DNA of 64,000 nucleotides from the human T2T-CHM13v2.0 reference genome, Homo sapiens. Positions 1-13,999 of this stretch are shown in pieces. Each line of letters starts with the position of its first letter. Position 1 is the first letter of the stretch. The translations under genes and the position numbers were made by a program. The stretch lies in assembly GCF_009914755.1 (NCBI RefSeq), contig NC_060943.1; one strand, given 5' to 3'. A model generated the notes under the pieces. It saw only the letters and a list, made by a program, of their open reading frames with translations. It was not told the origin of the DNA and made no database searches.

Positions 1-104
1 ATGTGTGCGTTCAACTCACAGAGTTTAACCTTTCTTTTCATAGAGTAGTTAGGAAACACTCTGTTTGTAAAGTCTGCAAGTGGATATTCAGACTTCTTTG
101 AGGC

Positions 105-121
105 CTTCGTTGGAAACGGGA
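105..121 (+). promoter_or_regulatory. CENP-B box (first of ~188 positions, one per dimer; ~161 keep the nTTCGnnnnAnnCGGGn core)
   Basis: Exact CTTCGTTGGAAACGGGA at 105-121, repeated at 445-461 and so on up to 63681-63697. The common variants TTTCG... and ...GGAAGCGGGA keep the 9 core bases. Confidence 0.97.
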
Positions 122-178
122 TTTCTTCATATTATGCTAGACAGAAGAATTCTCAGTAACTTCCTTGTGTTGTGTGTA

Positions 179-197
179 TTCAACTCACAGAGTTGAA
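179..197. repeat. Short dyad symmetry TTCAACTC-ACA-GAGTTGAA, present in most dimers (representative copy)
   Basis: 8-bp perfect inverted repeat with a 3-nt spacer, read directly from the sequence. Confidence 0.9.
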
Positions 198-273
198 CGA
201 TCCTTTACACAGAGCAGACTTGCAACACTCTTTTTGTGGTATTTGCAAGTGGAGATTTCAGCCGCTTTGAGGT

Positions 274-290
274 CAATGTTAGAAAAGGAA
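274..290 (+). other. A-box (pJalpha-type) position of the A-type monomer, representative copy
   Basis: CAATG(G/T)TAGAA(A/T)AGGAA lies at the position homologous to the CENP-B box, 169 bp after one box and 171 bp before the next. This is the A/B alternation typical of SF1 arrays. Confidence 0.75.
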
Positions 291-3200
291 ATATCTTCGT
301 ATAAAAACTAGACAGAATGATTCTGAGAAACTCCTTTGTGATGTGTGCGTTCAACTCACAGAGTTTAACCTTTCTTTTCATAGAGCAGTTAGGAAACACT
401 CTGTTTGTAAAGTCTGCAAGTGGATATTCAGACCTCCTTGAGGCCTTCGTTGGAAACGGGATTTCTTCATATTATGCTAGACAGAAGAATTCTCAGTAAC
501 TTCCTTGTGTTGTGTGTATTCAACTCACAGAGTTGAACGATCCTTTACACAGAGCAGACTTGAAACACTCTTTTTGTGGAATTTGCAAGTGGAGATTTCA
601 GCCGCTTTGAGGTCAATGGTAGAATAGGAAATATCTTCCTATAGAAACTAGACAGAATGATTCTCAGAAACTCCTTTGTGATGTGTGCGTTCAACTCACA
701 GAGTTTAACCTTTCTTTTCATAGAGCAGTTAGGAAACACTCTGTTTGTAAAGTCTGCAAGTGGATATTCAGACATCCTTGAGGCTTTCATTGGAAACGGG
801 ATTTCTTCATATTCTGCTAGAAAGAAGAATTCTCAGTAACTTCCTTGTGTTGTGTGTATTCAACTCACAGAGTTGAATGATCCTTTACACAGAACAGTCT
901 TGAAACACTCTTTTTGTGGAATTTGCAAGTGGAGATTTCAGCCGCTTTGAGGTCAATGGTAGAATAGGAAATATCTTCCTATAGAAACTAGACAGAATGA
1001 TTCTCAGAAACTCCTTTGTGATGTGGGCGTTCAACTCACAGAGTTTAACCTTTCTTTTCATAGAGCAGTTAGGAAACACTCTGTTTGTAAAGTCTGCAAG
1101 TGGATATTCAGACATCTTTGAGGCTTTCGTTGGAAACGGGATTTCTTCCTATTCTGATATACAGAAGAATTCTCAGAAACTTCCTTGTGTTGTGTGTATT
1201 CAACTCACAGAGTTGAACGATCGTTTACACAGAGCAGACTTGAGACACTCTTTTTGTGGAATTTGTAAGTGGAGATTTCAGCCGCTTTGAGGTCAATGGT
1301 AGAAAAGGAAATATCTTCATATACAAACTAGACAGAATGATTCTCAGAAACTCCTTTGTGATGTGTGCGTTCAACTCACAGAGTTTAACCTTTCTTTTCA
1401 TAGAGCAGTTAGGAAACACTCTGTTTGTAAAGTCTGCAAGTGGATATTCAGACCTCTTTGAGACCTTCGTTGGAAACGGGATTTCTTCATATTATGCTAG
1501 ACAGAAGAATTCTCAGTAACTTCCTTGTGTTGTGTGTATTCAACTCACAGAGTTGAACGATCCTTTACACAGAGCAGACTTGAAACACTCTTTTTGTGGA
1601 ATTTGCAAGTGGAGATTTCAGCCGCTTTGAGGTCAATGGTAGAAAAGGAAATATCTTCCTATAGAAACTAGACAGAATGATTCTCAGAAACTCCTTTGTG
1701 ATGTGTGCGTTCAACTCACAGAGTTCAACCTTTCTTTTCATAGAGCAGTTGGGAAACACTCTGTTTGTAAAGTCTGCAAGTGGATATTCAGACTTCTTTG
1801 AGGCCTTCGTTGGAAGCGGGATTTCTTCATATTCTGCTAGACAGAAGAATTCTCAGTAACTTCCTTGTGTTGTGTGTATTCAACTCACAGAGTTGAATGA
1901 TCCTTTACACAGAACAGACTTGAAACACTCTTGTTGTGGAATTTTCAAGTAGAGATTTCAGCCGCTTTGAGGTCAACGGTAGAATAGGTAATATCTTCCT
2001 ATAGAAACTAGACAGAATGATTCTCAGAAACTCCTTTGTGATGTGTGCGTTCAACTCACAGAGTTTAACCTTTCTTTTCATAGAGCAGTTAGGAAACACT
2101 CTGTTTGTAAAGTCTGCAAGTGGATATTCAGACCTCCTTGAGGCCTTCGTTGGAAACGGGATTTCTTCATATTATGCTAGACAGAAGAATTCTCAGTAAC
2201 TTCCTTGTGTTGTGTGTATTCAACTCACAGAGTTGAACGATCCTTTACACAGAGCAGACTTGAAACACTCTTTTTGTGGAATTTGCAAGTGGAGATTTCT
2301 GCCGCTTTGAGGTCAATGGTAGAATAGGAAATATCTTCCTATAGAAACTAGACAGAATGATTCTCAGAAACTCCTTTGTGATGTGTGCGTTCAACTCACA
2401 GAGTTTTACCTTTCTTTTCATAGAGCAGTTAGGAAACACTCTGTTTGTAAAGTCTGCAAGTGGATATTCAGACCTCTTTGAGGCCTTCGTTGGAAACGGG
2501 ATTTCTTCATATTATGCTAGACGGAAGGATTCTCAGTAACTTCCTTGTGTTGTGTGTATTCAACTCACAGAGTTGAACGATCCTTTACACAGAGCAGACT
2601 TGAAACACTCTTTTTGTGGAATTTGCAAGTGGAGATTTCAGCCGCTTTGAGGTCAATGGTAGAAAAGGAGATATCTTCGTATAAAAACTAGACAGAATGA
2701 TTCTCAGAAACTCCTTTGTGATGTGTGCGTTCAACTCACAGAGTTTAACCTTTCTTTTCATAGAGCAGTTAGGAAACACTCTGTTTGTAAAGTCTGCAAG
2801 TGGATATTCAGACCTCTTTGAGGCCTTCGTTGGAAACGGGATTTCTTCATATTATGCTAGACAGAAGAATTCTCAGTAACTTCCTTGTGTTGTGTGTATT
2901 CAACTCACAGAGTTGAACGATCCTTTACACAGAGCAGACTTGAAACACTCTTTTTGTGGTATTTGCAAGTGGAGATTTCAGCCGCTTTGAGGTCAATGTT
3001 AGAAAAGGAAATATCTTCGTATAAAAACTAGACAGAATGATTCTGAGAAACTCCTTTGTGATGTGTGCGTTCAACTCACAGAGTTTAACCTTTCTTTTCA
3101 TAGAGCAGTTAGGAAACACTCTGTTTGTAAAGTCTGCAAGTGGATATTCAGACCTCCTTGAGGCCTTCGTTGGAAACGGGATTTCTTCATATTATGCTAG

Positions 3201-6200
3201 ACAGAAGAATTCTCAGTAACTTCCTTGTGTTGTGTGTATTCAACTCACAGAGTTGAACGATCCTTTACACAGAGCAGACTTGAAACACTCTTTTTGTGGA
3301 ATTTGCAAGTGGAGATTTCAGCCGCTTTGAGGTCAATGGTAGAATAGGAAATATCTTCCTATAGAAACTAGACAGAATGATTCTCAGAAACTCCTTTGTG
3401 ATGTGTGCGTTCAACTCACAGAGTTTAACCTTTCTTTTCATAGAGCAGTTAGGAAACACTCTGTTTGTAAAGTCTGCAAGTGGATATTCAGACCTCCATG
3501 AGGCCTTCGTTGGAAACTGCATTTCTTCATATTCTGCTATACAGAAGAATTCTCAGTAACTTCCTTGTTTTGTGTGTATTCAACTCACAGAGTTGAACGA
3601 TCCTTTACACAGAGCAGACTTGAAACACTCTTTTTGTGGAATTTGCAAGTGGAGATTTCAGCCGCTTTGAGGTCAATGGTAGAAAAGGAAATATCTTCCT
3701 ATAGAAACTAGACAGAATGATTCTCAGAAACTCCTTTGTGATGTGTGCGTTCAACTCACAGAGTTCAACCTTTCTTTTCATAGAGCAGTTGGGAAACACT
3801 CTGTTTGTAAAGTCTGCAAGTGGATATTCAGACTTCTTTGAGGCCTTCGTTGGAAGCGGGATTTCTTCATATTCTGCTAGACAGAAGAATTCTCAGTAAC
3901 TTCCTTGTGTTGTGTGTATTCAACTCACAGAGTTGAATGATCCTTTACACAGAACAGACTTGAAACACTCTTGTTGTGGAATTTTCAAGTGGAGATTTCA
4001 GCCGCCTTGAGGTCAACGGTAGAATAGGTAATATCTTCCTATAGAAACTAGACAGAATGATTCTCAGAAACTCCTTTGTGATGTGTGCGTTCAACTCACA
4101 GAGTTTAACCTTTCTTTTCATAGAGCAGTTAGGAAACACTCTGTTTGTAAAGTCTGCAAGTGGATATTCAGACCTCCTTGAGGCCTTCGTTGGAAACGGG
4201 ATTTCTTCATATTATGCTAGACAGAAGAATTCTCAGTAACTTCCTTGTGTTGTGTGTATTCAACTCACAGAGTTGAACGATCCTTTACACAGAGCAGACT
4301 TGAAACACTCTTTTTGTGGAATTTGCAAGTGGAGATTTCTGCCGTTTTGAGGTCAATGGTAGAATAGGAAATATCTTCCTATAGAAACTAGACAGAATGA
4401 TTCTCAGAAACTCCTTTGTAATGTGTGCGTTCAACTCACAGAGTTTAACCTTTCTTTTCATAGAGCAGTTAGGAAACACTCTGTTTGTAAAGTCTGCAAG
4501 TGGATATTCAGACCTCTTTGAGGCCTTCGTTGGAAACGGGATTTCTTCATATTATGCTAGACAGAAGGATTCTCAGTAACTTCCTTGTGTTGTGTGTATT
4601 CAACTCACAGAATTGAACGATCCTTTACACAGAGCAGACTTGAAACACTCTTTTTGTGGAATTTGCAAGTGGAGATTTCAGCCGCTTTGAGGTCAATGGT
4701 AGAAAAGGAGATATCTTCGTATAAAAACTAGACAGAATGATTCTCAGAAACTCCTTTGTGATGTGTGCGTTCAACTCACAGAGTTTAACCTTTCTTTTCA
4801 TAGAGCAGTTAGGAAACACTCTGTTTGTAAAGTCTGCAAGTGGATATTCAGACCTCTTTGAGGCCTTCGTTGGAAACGGGATTTCTTCATATTATGCTAG
4901 ACAGAAGAATTCTCAGTAACTTCCTTGTGTTGTGTGTATTCAACTCACAGAGTTGAACGATCCTTTACACAGAGCAGACTTGAAACACTCTTTTTGTGGT
5001 ATTTGCAAGTGGAGATTTCAGCCGCTTTGAGGTCAATGTTAGAAAAGGAAATATCTTCGTATAAAAACTAGACAGAATGATTCTGAGAAACTCCTTTGTG
5101 ATGTGTGCGTTCAACTCACAGAGTTTAACCTTTCTTTTCATAGAGCAGTTAGGAAACACTCTGTTTGTAAAGTCTGCAAGTGGATATTCAGACCTCTTTG
5201 AGGCCTTCGTTGGAAACGGGATTTCTTCATATTCTGCTAGACAGAAGAATTCTCAGTAACTTCCTTGTGTTGTGTGTATTCAACTCACAGAGTTGAACGA
5301 TCCTTTACACAGAGCAGACTTGAAACACTCTTTTTGTGGAATTTGCAATTGGAGATTTCAGCCGCTTTGAGGTCAATGGTAGAATAGGAAATATCTTCCT
5401 ATAGAAACTAGACAGAATGATTCTCAGAAACTCCTTTGTGATGTGTGCGTTCAACTCACAGAGTTTAACCTTTCTTTTCATAGAGCAGTTAGGAAACACT
5501 CTGTTTGTAAAGTCTGCAAGTGGATATTCAGACCTCTTTGAGGCCTTCGTTGGAAACGGGATTTCTTCATATTATGCTAGACAGAAGGATTCTCAGTAAC
5601 TTCCTTGTGTTGTGTGTATTCAACTCACAGAGTTGAACGATCCTTTACACAGAGCAGACTTGAAACACTCTTTTTGTGGAATTTGCAAGTGGAGATTTCA
5701 GCCGCTTTGAGGTCAATAGTAGAAAAGGAGATATCTTCGTATAAAAACTAGACAGAATGATTCTCAGAAACTCCTTTGTGATGTGTGCGTTCAACTCACA
5801 GAGTTTAACCTTTCTTTTCATAGAGCAGTTAGGAAACACTCTGTTTGTAAAGTCTGCAAGTGGATATTCAGACCTCTTTGAGGCCTTCGTTGGAAACGGG
5901 ATTTCTTCATATTATGCTAGACAGAAGAATTCTCAGTAACTTCCTTGTGTTTTGTGTATTCAACTCACATAGTTGAACGATCCTTTACACAGAGCAGACT
6001 TGAAACACTCTTTTTGTGGTATTTGCAAGTGGAGATTTCAGCCACTTTGAGGTCAATGTTAGAAAAGGAAATATCTTCGTATAAAAACTAGACAGAATGA
6101 TTCTGAGAAACTCCTTTGTGATGTGTGCATTCAACTCACAGAGTTTAACCTTTCTTTTCATAGAGCAGTTAGGAAACACTCTTTTTGTAAAGTCTGCAAG

Positions 6201-9200
6201 TGGATATTCAGACCTCCTTGAGGCCTTCGTTGGAAACGGGATTTCTTCATATTATGCTAGACAGAAGAATTCTCAGTAACTTCCTTGTGTTGTGTGTATT
6301 CAACTCACAGAGTTGAACGATCCTTTACACAGAGCAGACTTGAAACACTCTTTTTGTGGAATTTGCAAGTGGAGATTTCAGCCGCTTTGAGGTCAATGGT
6401 AGAATAGGAAATATCTTCCTATAGAAACTAGACAGAATGATTCTCAGAAACTCCTTTGTGATGTGTGCGTTCAACTCACAGAGTTTAACCTTTCTTTTCA
6501 TAGAGCAGTTAGGAAACACTCTGTTTGTAAAGTCTGCAAGTGGATATTCAGACATCCTTGAGGCTTTCGTTGGAAACGGGATTTCTTCATATTCTGCTAG
6601 AAAGAAGAATTCTCAGTAACTTCCTTGTGTTGTGTGTATTCAACTCACAGACTTGAATGATCCTTTACACAGAACAGTCTTGAAAGACTCTTTTTGTGGA
6701 ATTTGCAAGTGGAGATTTCAGCCGCTTTGAGGTCAATGGTAGAATAGGAAATATCTTCCTATAGAAACTAGACAGAATGATTCTCAGAAACTCCTTTGTG
6801 ATGTGTGCGTTCAACTCACAGAGTTTAACCTTTCTTTTCATAAAGCAGTTAGGAAACACTCTGTTTGTAAAGTCTGCAAGTGGATATTCAGACATCCTTG
6901 AGGCTTTCGTTGGAAACGGGATTTCTTCATATTCTGCTAGAAAGAAGAATTCTCAGTAACTTCCTTGTGTTGTGTGTATTCAACTCACAGAGTTGAATGA
7001 TCCTTTACACAGAACAGTCTTGAAACACTCTTTTTGTGGAATTTGCAAGTGGAGATTTCAGCCGCTTTGAGGTCAATGGTAGAATAGGAAATATCTTCCT
7101 ATAGAAACTAGGCAGAATGATTCTCAGAAACTCCTTTGTGATGTGGGCGTTCAACTCACAGAGTTTAACCTTTCTTTTCATAGAGCAGTTAGGAAACACT
7201 CTGTTTGTAAAGTCTGCAAGTGGATATTCAGACATCTTTGAGGCTTTCGTTGGAAACGGGATTTCTTCATATTCTGATATACAGAAGAATTCTCAGAAAC
7301 TTCCTTGTGTTGTGTGTATTCAACTCACAGAGTTGAACGATCGTTTACACAGAGCAGACTTGAGACACTCTTTTTGTGGAATTTGTAAGTGGAGATTTCA
7401 GCCGCTTTGAGGTCAATGGTAGAAAAGGAAATATCTTCATATAAAAACTAGACAGAATGATTCTCAGAAACTCCTTTGTGATGTGTGCGTTCAACTCACA
7501 GAGTTTAACCTTTCTTTTCATAGAGCAGTTAGGAAACACTCTGTTTGTAAAGTCTGCAAGTGGATATTCAGACCTCCTTGAGGCCTTCGTTGGAAACGGG
7601 ATTTCTTCATATTATGCTAGACAGAAGAATTCTCAGTAACTTCCTTGTGTTGTGTGTATTCAACTCACAGAGTTGAACGATCCTTTACACAGAGCAGACT
7701 TGAAACACTCTTTTTGTGGAATTTGCAAGTGGAGATTTCAGCCGCTTTGAGGTCAATGGTAGAATAGGAAATATCTTCCTATAGAAACTAGACAGAATGA
7801 TTCTCAGAAACTCCTTTGTGATGTGTGCGTTCAACTCACAGAGTTTAACCTTTCTTTTCATAGAGCAGTTAGGAAACACTCTGTTTGTAAAGTCTGCAAG
7901 TGGATATTCAGACCTCTTTGAGGCCTTCGTTGGAAACGGGATTTCTTCATATTATGCTAGACAGAAGGATTCTCAGTAACTTCCTTGTGTTGTGTGTATT
8001 CAACTCACAGAGTTGAACGATCCTTTACACAGAGCAGACTTGAAACACTCTTTTTGTGGAATTTGCAAGTGGAGATTTCAGCCGCTTTGAGGTCAATGGT
8101 AGAAAAGGAGATATCTTCGTATAAAAACTAGACAGAATGATTCTCAGAAACTCCTTTGTGATGTGTGCGTTCAACTCACAGAGTTTAACCTTTCTTTTCA
8201 TAGAGTAGTTAGGAAACACTCTGTTTGTAAAGTCTGCAAGTGGATATTCAGACTTCTTTGAGGCCTTCGTTGGAAACGGGATTTCTTCATATTATGCTAG
8301 ACAGAAGAATTCTCAGTAACTTCCTTGTGTTGTGTGTATTCAACTCACAGAGTTGAACGATCCTTTACACAGAGCAGACTTGCAACACTCTTTTTGTGGT
8401 ATTTGCAAGTGGAGATTTCAGCCGCTTTGAGGTCAATGTTAGAAAAGGAAATATCTTCGTATAAAAACTAGACAGAATGATTCTGAGAAACTCCTTTGTG
8501 ATGTGTGCGTTCAACTCACAGAGTTTAACCTTTCTTTTCATAGAGCAGTTAGGAAACACTCTGTTTGTAAAGTCTGCAAGTGGATATTCAGACCTCCTTG
8601 AGGCCTTCGTTGGAAACGGGATTTCTTCATATTATGCTAGACAGAAGAATTCTCAGTAACTTCCTTGTGTTGTGTGTATTCAACTCACAGAGTTGAACGA
8701 TCCTTTACACAGAGCAGACTTGAAACACTCTTTTTGTGGAATTTGCAAGTGGAGATTTCAGCCGCTTTGAGGTCAATGGTAGAATAGGAAATATCTTCCT
8801 ATAGAAACTAGACAGAATGATTCTCAGAAACTCCTTTGTGATGTGTGCGTTCAACTCACAGAGTTTAACCTTTCTTTTCATAGAGCAGTTAGGAAACACT
8901 CTGTTTGTAAAGTCTGCAAGTGGATATTCAGACATCCTTGAGGCTTTCGTTGGAAACGGGATTTCTTCATATTCTGCTAGAAAGAAGAATTCTCAGTAAC
9001 TTCCTTGTGTTGTGTGTATTCAACTCACAGAGTTGAATGATCCTTTACACAGAACAGTCTTGAAACACTCTTTTTGTGGAATTTGCAAGTGGAGATTTCA
9101 GCCGCTTTGAGGTCAATGGTAGAATAGGAAATATCTTCCTATAGAAACTAGACAGAATGATTCTCAGAAACTCCTTTGTGATGTGGGCGTTCAACTCACA

Positions 9201-12200
9201 GAGTTTAACCTTTCTTTTCATAGAGCAGTTAGGAAACACTCTGTTTGTAAAGTCTGCAAGTGGATATTCAGACATCTTTGAGGCTTTCATTGGAAACGGG
9301 ATTTCTTCCTATTCTGATATACAGAAGAATTCTCAGAAACTTCCTTATGTTGTGTGTATTCAACTCACAGAGTTGAACGATCGTTTACACAGAGCAGACT
9401 TGAGACACTCTTTTTGTGGAATTTGTAAGTGGAGATTTCAGCCGCTTTGAGGTCAATGGTAGAAAAGGAAATATCTTCATATACAAACTAGACAGAATGA
9501 TTCTCAGAAACTCCTTTGTGATGTGTGCGTTCAACTCACAGAGTTTAACCTTTCTTTTCATAGAGCAGTTAGGAAACACTCTGTTTGTAAAGTCTGCAAG
9601 TGGATATTCAGACCTCTTTGAGACCTTCGTTGGAAACGGGATTTCTTCATATTATGCTAGACAGAAGAATTCTCAGTAACTTCCTTGTGTTGTGTGTATT
9701 CAACTCACAGAGTTGAACGATCCTTTACACAGAGCAGACTTGAAACACTCTTTTTGTGGAATTTGCAAGTGGAGATTTCAGCCGCTTTGAGGTCAATGGT
9801 AGAAAAGGAAATATCGTCCTATAGAAACTAGACAGAATGATTCTCAGAAACTCCTTTGTGATGTGTGCGTTCAACTCACAGAGTTCAACCTTTCTTTTCA
9901 TAGAGCAGTTGGGAAACACTCTGTTTGTAAAGTCTGCAAGTGGATATTCAGACTTCTTTGAGGCCTTCGTTGGAAGCGGGATTTCTTCATATTCTGCTAG
10001 ACAGAAGAATTCTCAGTAACTTCCTTGTGTTGTGTGTATTCAACTCACAGAGTTGAATGATCCTTTACACAGAACAGACTTGAATCACTCTTGTTGTGGA
10101 ATTTTCAAGTAGAGATTTCAGCCGCTTTGAAGTCAACGGTAGAATAGGTAATATCTTCCTATAGAAACTAGACAGAATGATTCTCAGAAACTCCTTTGTG
10201 ATGTGTGCGTTCAACTCACAGTTTAACCTTTCTTTTCATAGAGCAGTTAGGAAACACTCTGTTTGTAAAGTCTGCAAGTGGATATTCAGACCTCCTTGAG
10301 GCCTTCGTTGGAAACGGGATTTCTTCATATTATGCTAGACAGAAGAATTCTCAGTAACTTCCTTGTGTTGTGTGTATTCAACTCACAGAGTTGAACGATC
10401 CTTTACACAGAGCAGACTTGAAACACTCTTTTTGTGGAATTTGCAAGTGGAGATTTCTGCCGCTTTGAGGTCAATGGTAGAATAGGAAATATCTTCCTAT
10501 AGAAACTAGACAGAATGATTCTCAGAAACTCCTTTGTGATGTGTGCGTTCAACTCACAGAGTTTTACCTTTCTTTTCATAGAGCAGTTAGGAAACACTCT
10601 GTTTGTAAAGTCTGCAAGTGGATATTCAGACCTCTTTGAGGCCTTCGTTGGAAACGGGATTTCTTCATATTATGCTAGACGGAAGGATTCTCAGTAACTT
10701 CCTTGTGTTGTGTGTATTCAACTCACAGAGTTGAACGATCCTTTACACAGAGCAGACTTGAAACACTCTTTTTGTGGAATTTGCAAGTGGAGATTTCAGC
10801 CGCTTTGAGGTCAATGGTAGAAAAGGAGATATCTTCGTATAAAAACTAGACAGAATGATTCTCAGAAACTCCTTTGTGATGTGTGCGTTCAACTCACAGA
10901 GTTTAACCTTTCTTTTCATAGAGCAGTTAGGAAACACTCTGTTTGTAAAGTCTGCAAGTGGATATTCAGACCTCTTTGAGGCCTTCGTTGGAAACGGGAT
11001 TTCTTCATATTATGCTAGACAGAAGAATTCTCAGTAACTTCCTTGTGTTGTGTGTATTCAACTCACAGAGTTGAACGATCCTTTACACAGAGCAGACTTG
11101 AAACACTCTTTTTGTGGTATTTGCAAGTGGAGATTTCAGCCGCTTTGAGGTCAATGTTAGAAAAGGAAATATCTTCGTATAAAAACTAGACAGAATGATT
11201 CTGAGAAACTCCTTTGTGATGTGTGCGTTCAACTCACAGAGTTTAACCTTTCTTTTCATAGAGCAGTTAGGAAACACTCTGTTTGTAAAGTCTGCAAGTG
11301 GATATTCAGACCTCCTTGAGGCCTTCGTTGGAAACGGGATTTCTTCATATTATGCTAGACAGAAGAATTCTCAGTAACTTCCTTGTGTTGTGTGTATTCA
11401 ACTCACAGAGTTGAACGATCCTTTACACAGAGCAGACTTGAAACACTCTTTTTGTGGAATTTGCAAGTGGAGATTTCAGCCGCTTTGAGGTCAATGGTAG
11501 AATAGGAAATATCTTCCTATAGAAACTAGACAGAATGATTCTCAGAAACTCCTTTGTGATGTGTGCGTTCAACTCACAGAGTTTAACCTTTCTTTTCATA
11601 GAGCAGTTAGGAAACACTCTGTTTGTAAAGTCTGCAAGTGGATATTCAGACCTCCTTGAGGCCTTCGTTGGAAACTGCATTTCTTCATATTCTGCTATAC
11701 AGAAGAATTCTCAGTAACTTCCTTGTTTTGTGTGTATTCAACTCACAGAGTTGAACGATCCTTTACACAGAGCAGACTTGAAACACTCTTTTTGTGGAAT
11801 TTGCAAGTGGAGATTTCAGCCGCTTTGAGGTCAATGGTAGAAAAGGAAATATCTTCCTATAGAAACTAGACAGAATGATTCTCAGAAACTCCTTTGTGAT
11901 GTGTGCGTTCAACTCACGGAGTTCAACCTTTCTTTTCATAGAGCAGTTGGGAAACACTCTGTTTGTAAAGTCTGCAAGTGGATATTCAGACTTCTTTGAG
12001 GCCTTCGTTGGAAGCGGGATTTCTTCATATTCTGCTAGACAGAAGAATTCTCAGTAACTTCCTTGTGTTGTGTGTATTCAACTCACAGAGTTGAATGATC
12101 CTTTACACAGAACAGACTTGAAACACTCTTGTTGTGGAATTTTCAAGTGGAGATTTCAGCCGCCTTGAGGTCAACGGTAGAATAGGTAATATCTTCCTAT

Positions 12201-13999
12201 AGAAACTAGACAGAATGATTCTCAGAAACTCCTTTGTGATGTGTGCGTTCAACTCACAGAGTTTAACCTTTCTTTTCATAGAGCAGTTAGGAAACACTCT
12301 GTTTGTAAAGTCTGCAAGTGGATATTCAGACCTCCTTGAGGCCTTCGTTGGAAACGGGATTTCTTCATATTATGCTAGACAGAAGAATTCTCAGTAACTT
12401 CCTTGTGTTGTGTGTATTCAACTCACAGAGTTGAACGATCCTTTACACAGAGCAGACTTGAAACACTCTTTTTGTGGAATTTGCAAGTGGAGATTTCTGC
12501 CGTTTTGAGGTCAATGGTAGAATAGGAAATATCTTCCTATAGAAACTAGACAGAATGATTCTCAGAAACTCCTTTGTGATGTGTGCGTTCAACTCACAGA
12601 GTTTAACCTTTCTTTTCATAGAGCAGTTAGGAAACACTCTGTTTGTAAAGTCTGCAAGTGGATATTCAGACCTCTTTGAGGCCTTCGTTGGAAACGGGAT
12701 TTCTTCATATTATGCTAGACAGAAGGATTCTCAGTAACTTCCTTGTGTTGTGTGTATTCAACTCACAGAGTTGAACGATCCTTTACACAGAGCAGACTTG
12801 AAACACTCTTTTTGTCGAATTTGCAAGTGGAGATTTCAGCCGCTTTGAGGTCAATGGTAGAAAAGGAGATATCTTCGTATAAAAACTAGACAGAATGATT
12901 CTCAGAAACTCCTTTGTGATGTGTGCGTTCAACTCACAGAGTTTAACCTTTCTTTTCATAGAGCAGTTAGGAAACACTCTGTTTGTAAAGTCTGCAAGTG
13001 GATATTCAGACCTCTTTGAGGCCTTCGTTGGAAACGGGATTTCTTCATATTATGCTAGACAGAAGAATTCTCAGTAACTTCCTTGTGTTGTGTGTATTCA
13101 ACTCACAGAGTTGAACGATCCTTTACACAGAGCAGACTTGAAACACTCTTTTTGTGGTATTTGCAAGTGGAGATTTCAGCCGCTTTGAGGTCAGTGTTAG
13201 AAAAGGAAATATCTTCGTATAAAAACTAGACAGAATGATTCTGAGAAACTCCTTTGTGATGTGTGCGTTCAACTCACAGAGTTTAACCTTTCTTTTCATA
13301 GAGCAGTTAGGAAACACTCTGTTTGTAAAGTCTGCAAGTGGATATTCAGACCTCTTTGAGGCCTTCGTTGGAAACGGGATTTCTTCATATTCTGCTAGAC
13401 AGAAGAATTCTCAGTAACTTCCTTGTGTTGTGTGTATTCAACTCACAGAGTTGAACGATCCTTTACACAGAGCAGACTTGAAACACTCTTTTTGTGGAAT
13501 TTGCAATTGGAGATTTCAGCCGCTTTGAGGTCAATGGTAGAATAGGAAATATCTTCCTATAGAAACTAGACAGAATGATTCTCAGAAACTCCTTTGTGAT
13601 GTGGGCGTTCAACTCACAGAGTTTAACCTTTCTTTTCATAGAGCAGTTAGGAAACACTCTGTTTGTAAAGTCTGCAAGTGGATATTCAGACCTCTTTGAG
13701 GCCTTCGTTGGAAACGGGATTTCTTCATATTATGCTAGACAGAAGGATTCTCAGTAACTTCCTTGTGTTGTGTGTATTCAACTCACAGAGTTGAACGATC
13801 CTTTACACAGAGCAGACTTGAAACACTCTTTTTGTGGAATTTGCAAGTGGAGATTTCAGCCGCTTTGAGGTCAATAGTAGAAAAGGAGATATCTTCGTAT
13901 AAAAACTAGACAGAATGATTCTCAGAAACTCCTTTGTGATGTGTGCGTTCAACTCACAGAGTTTAACCTTTCTTTTCATAGAGCAGTTAGGAAACACTC

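Noticed and set aside
2521-2535. Loss of the EcoRI site in some dimers (gaaGGattc and others)
   Set aside because: An ordinary subtype SNV. It would only yield 680-bp restriction multimers and has no evident functional meaning.
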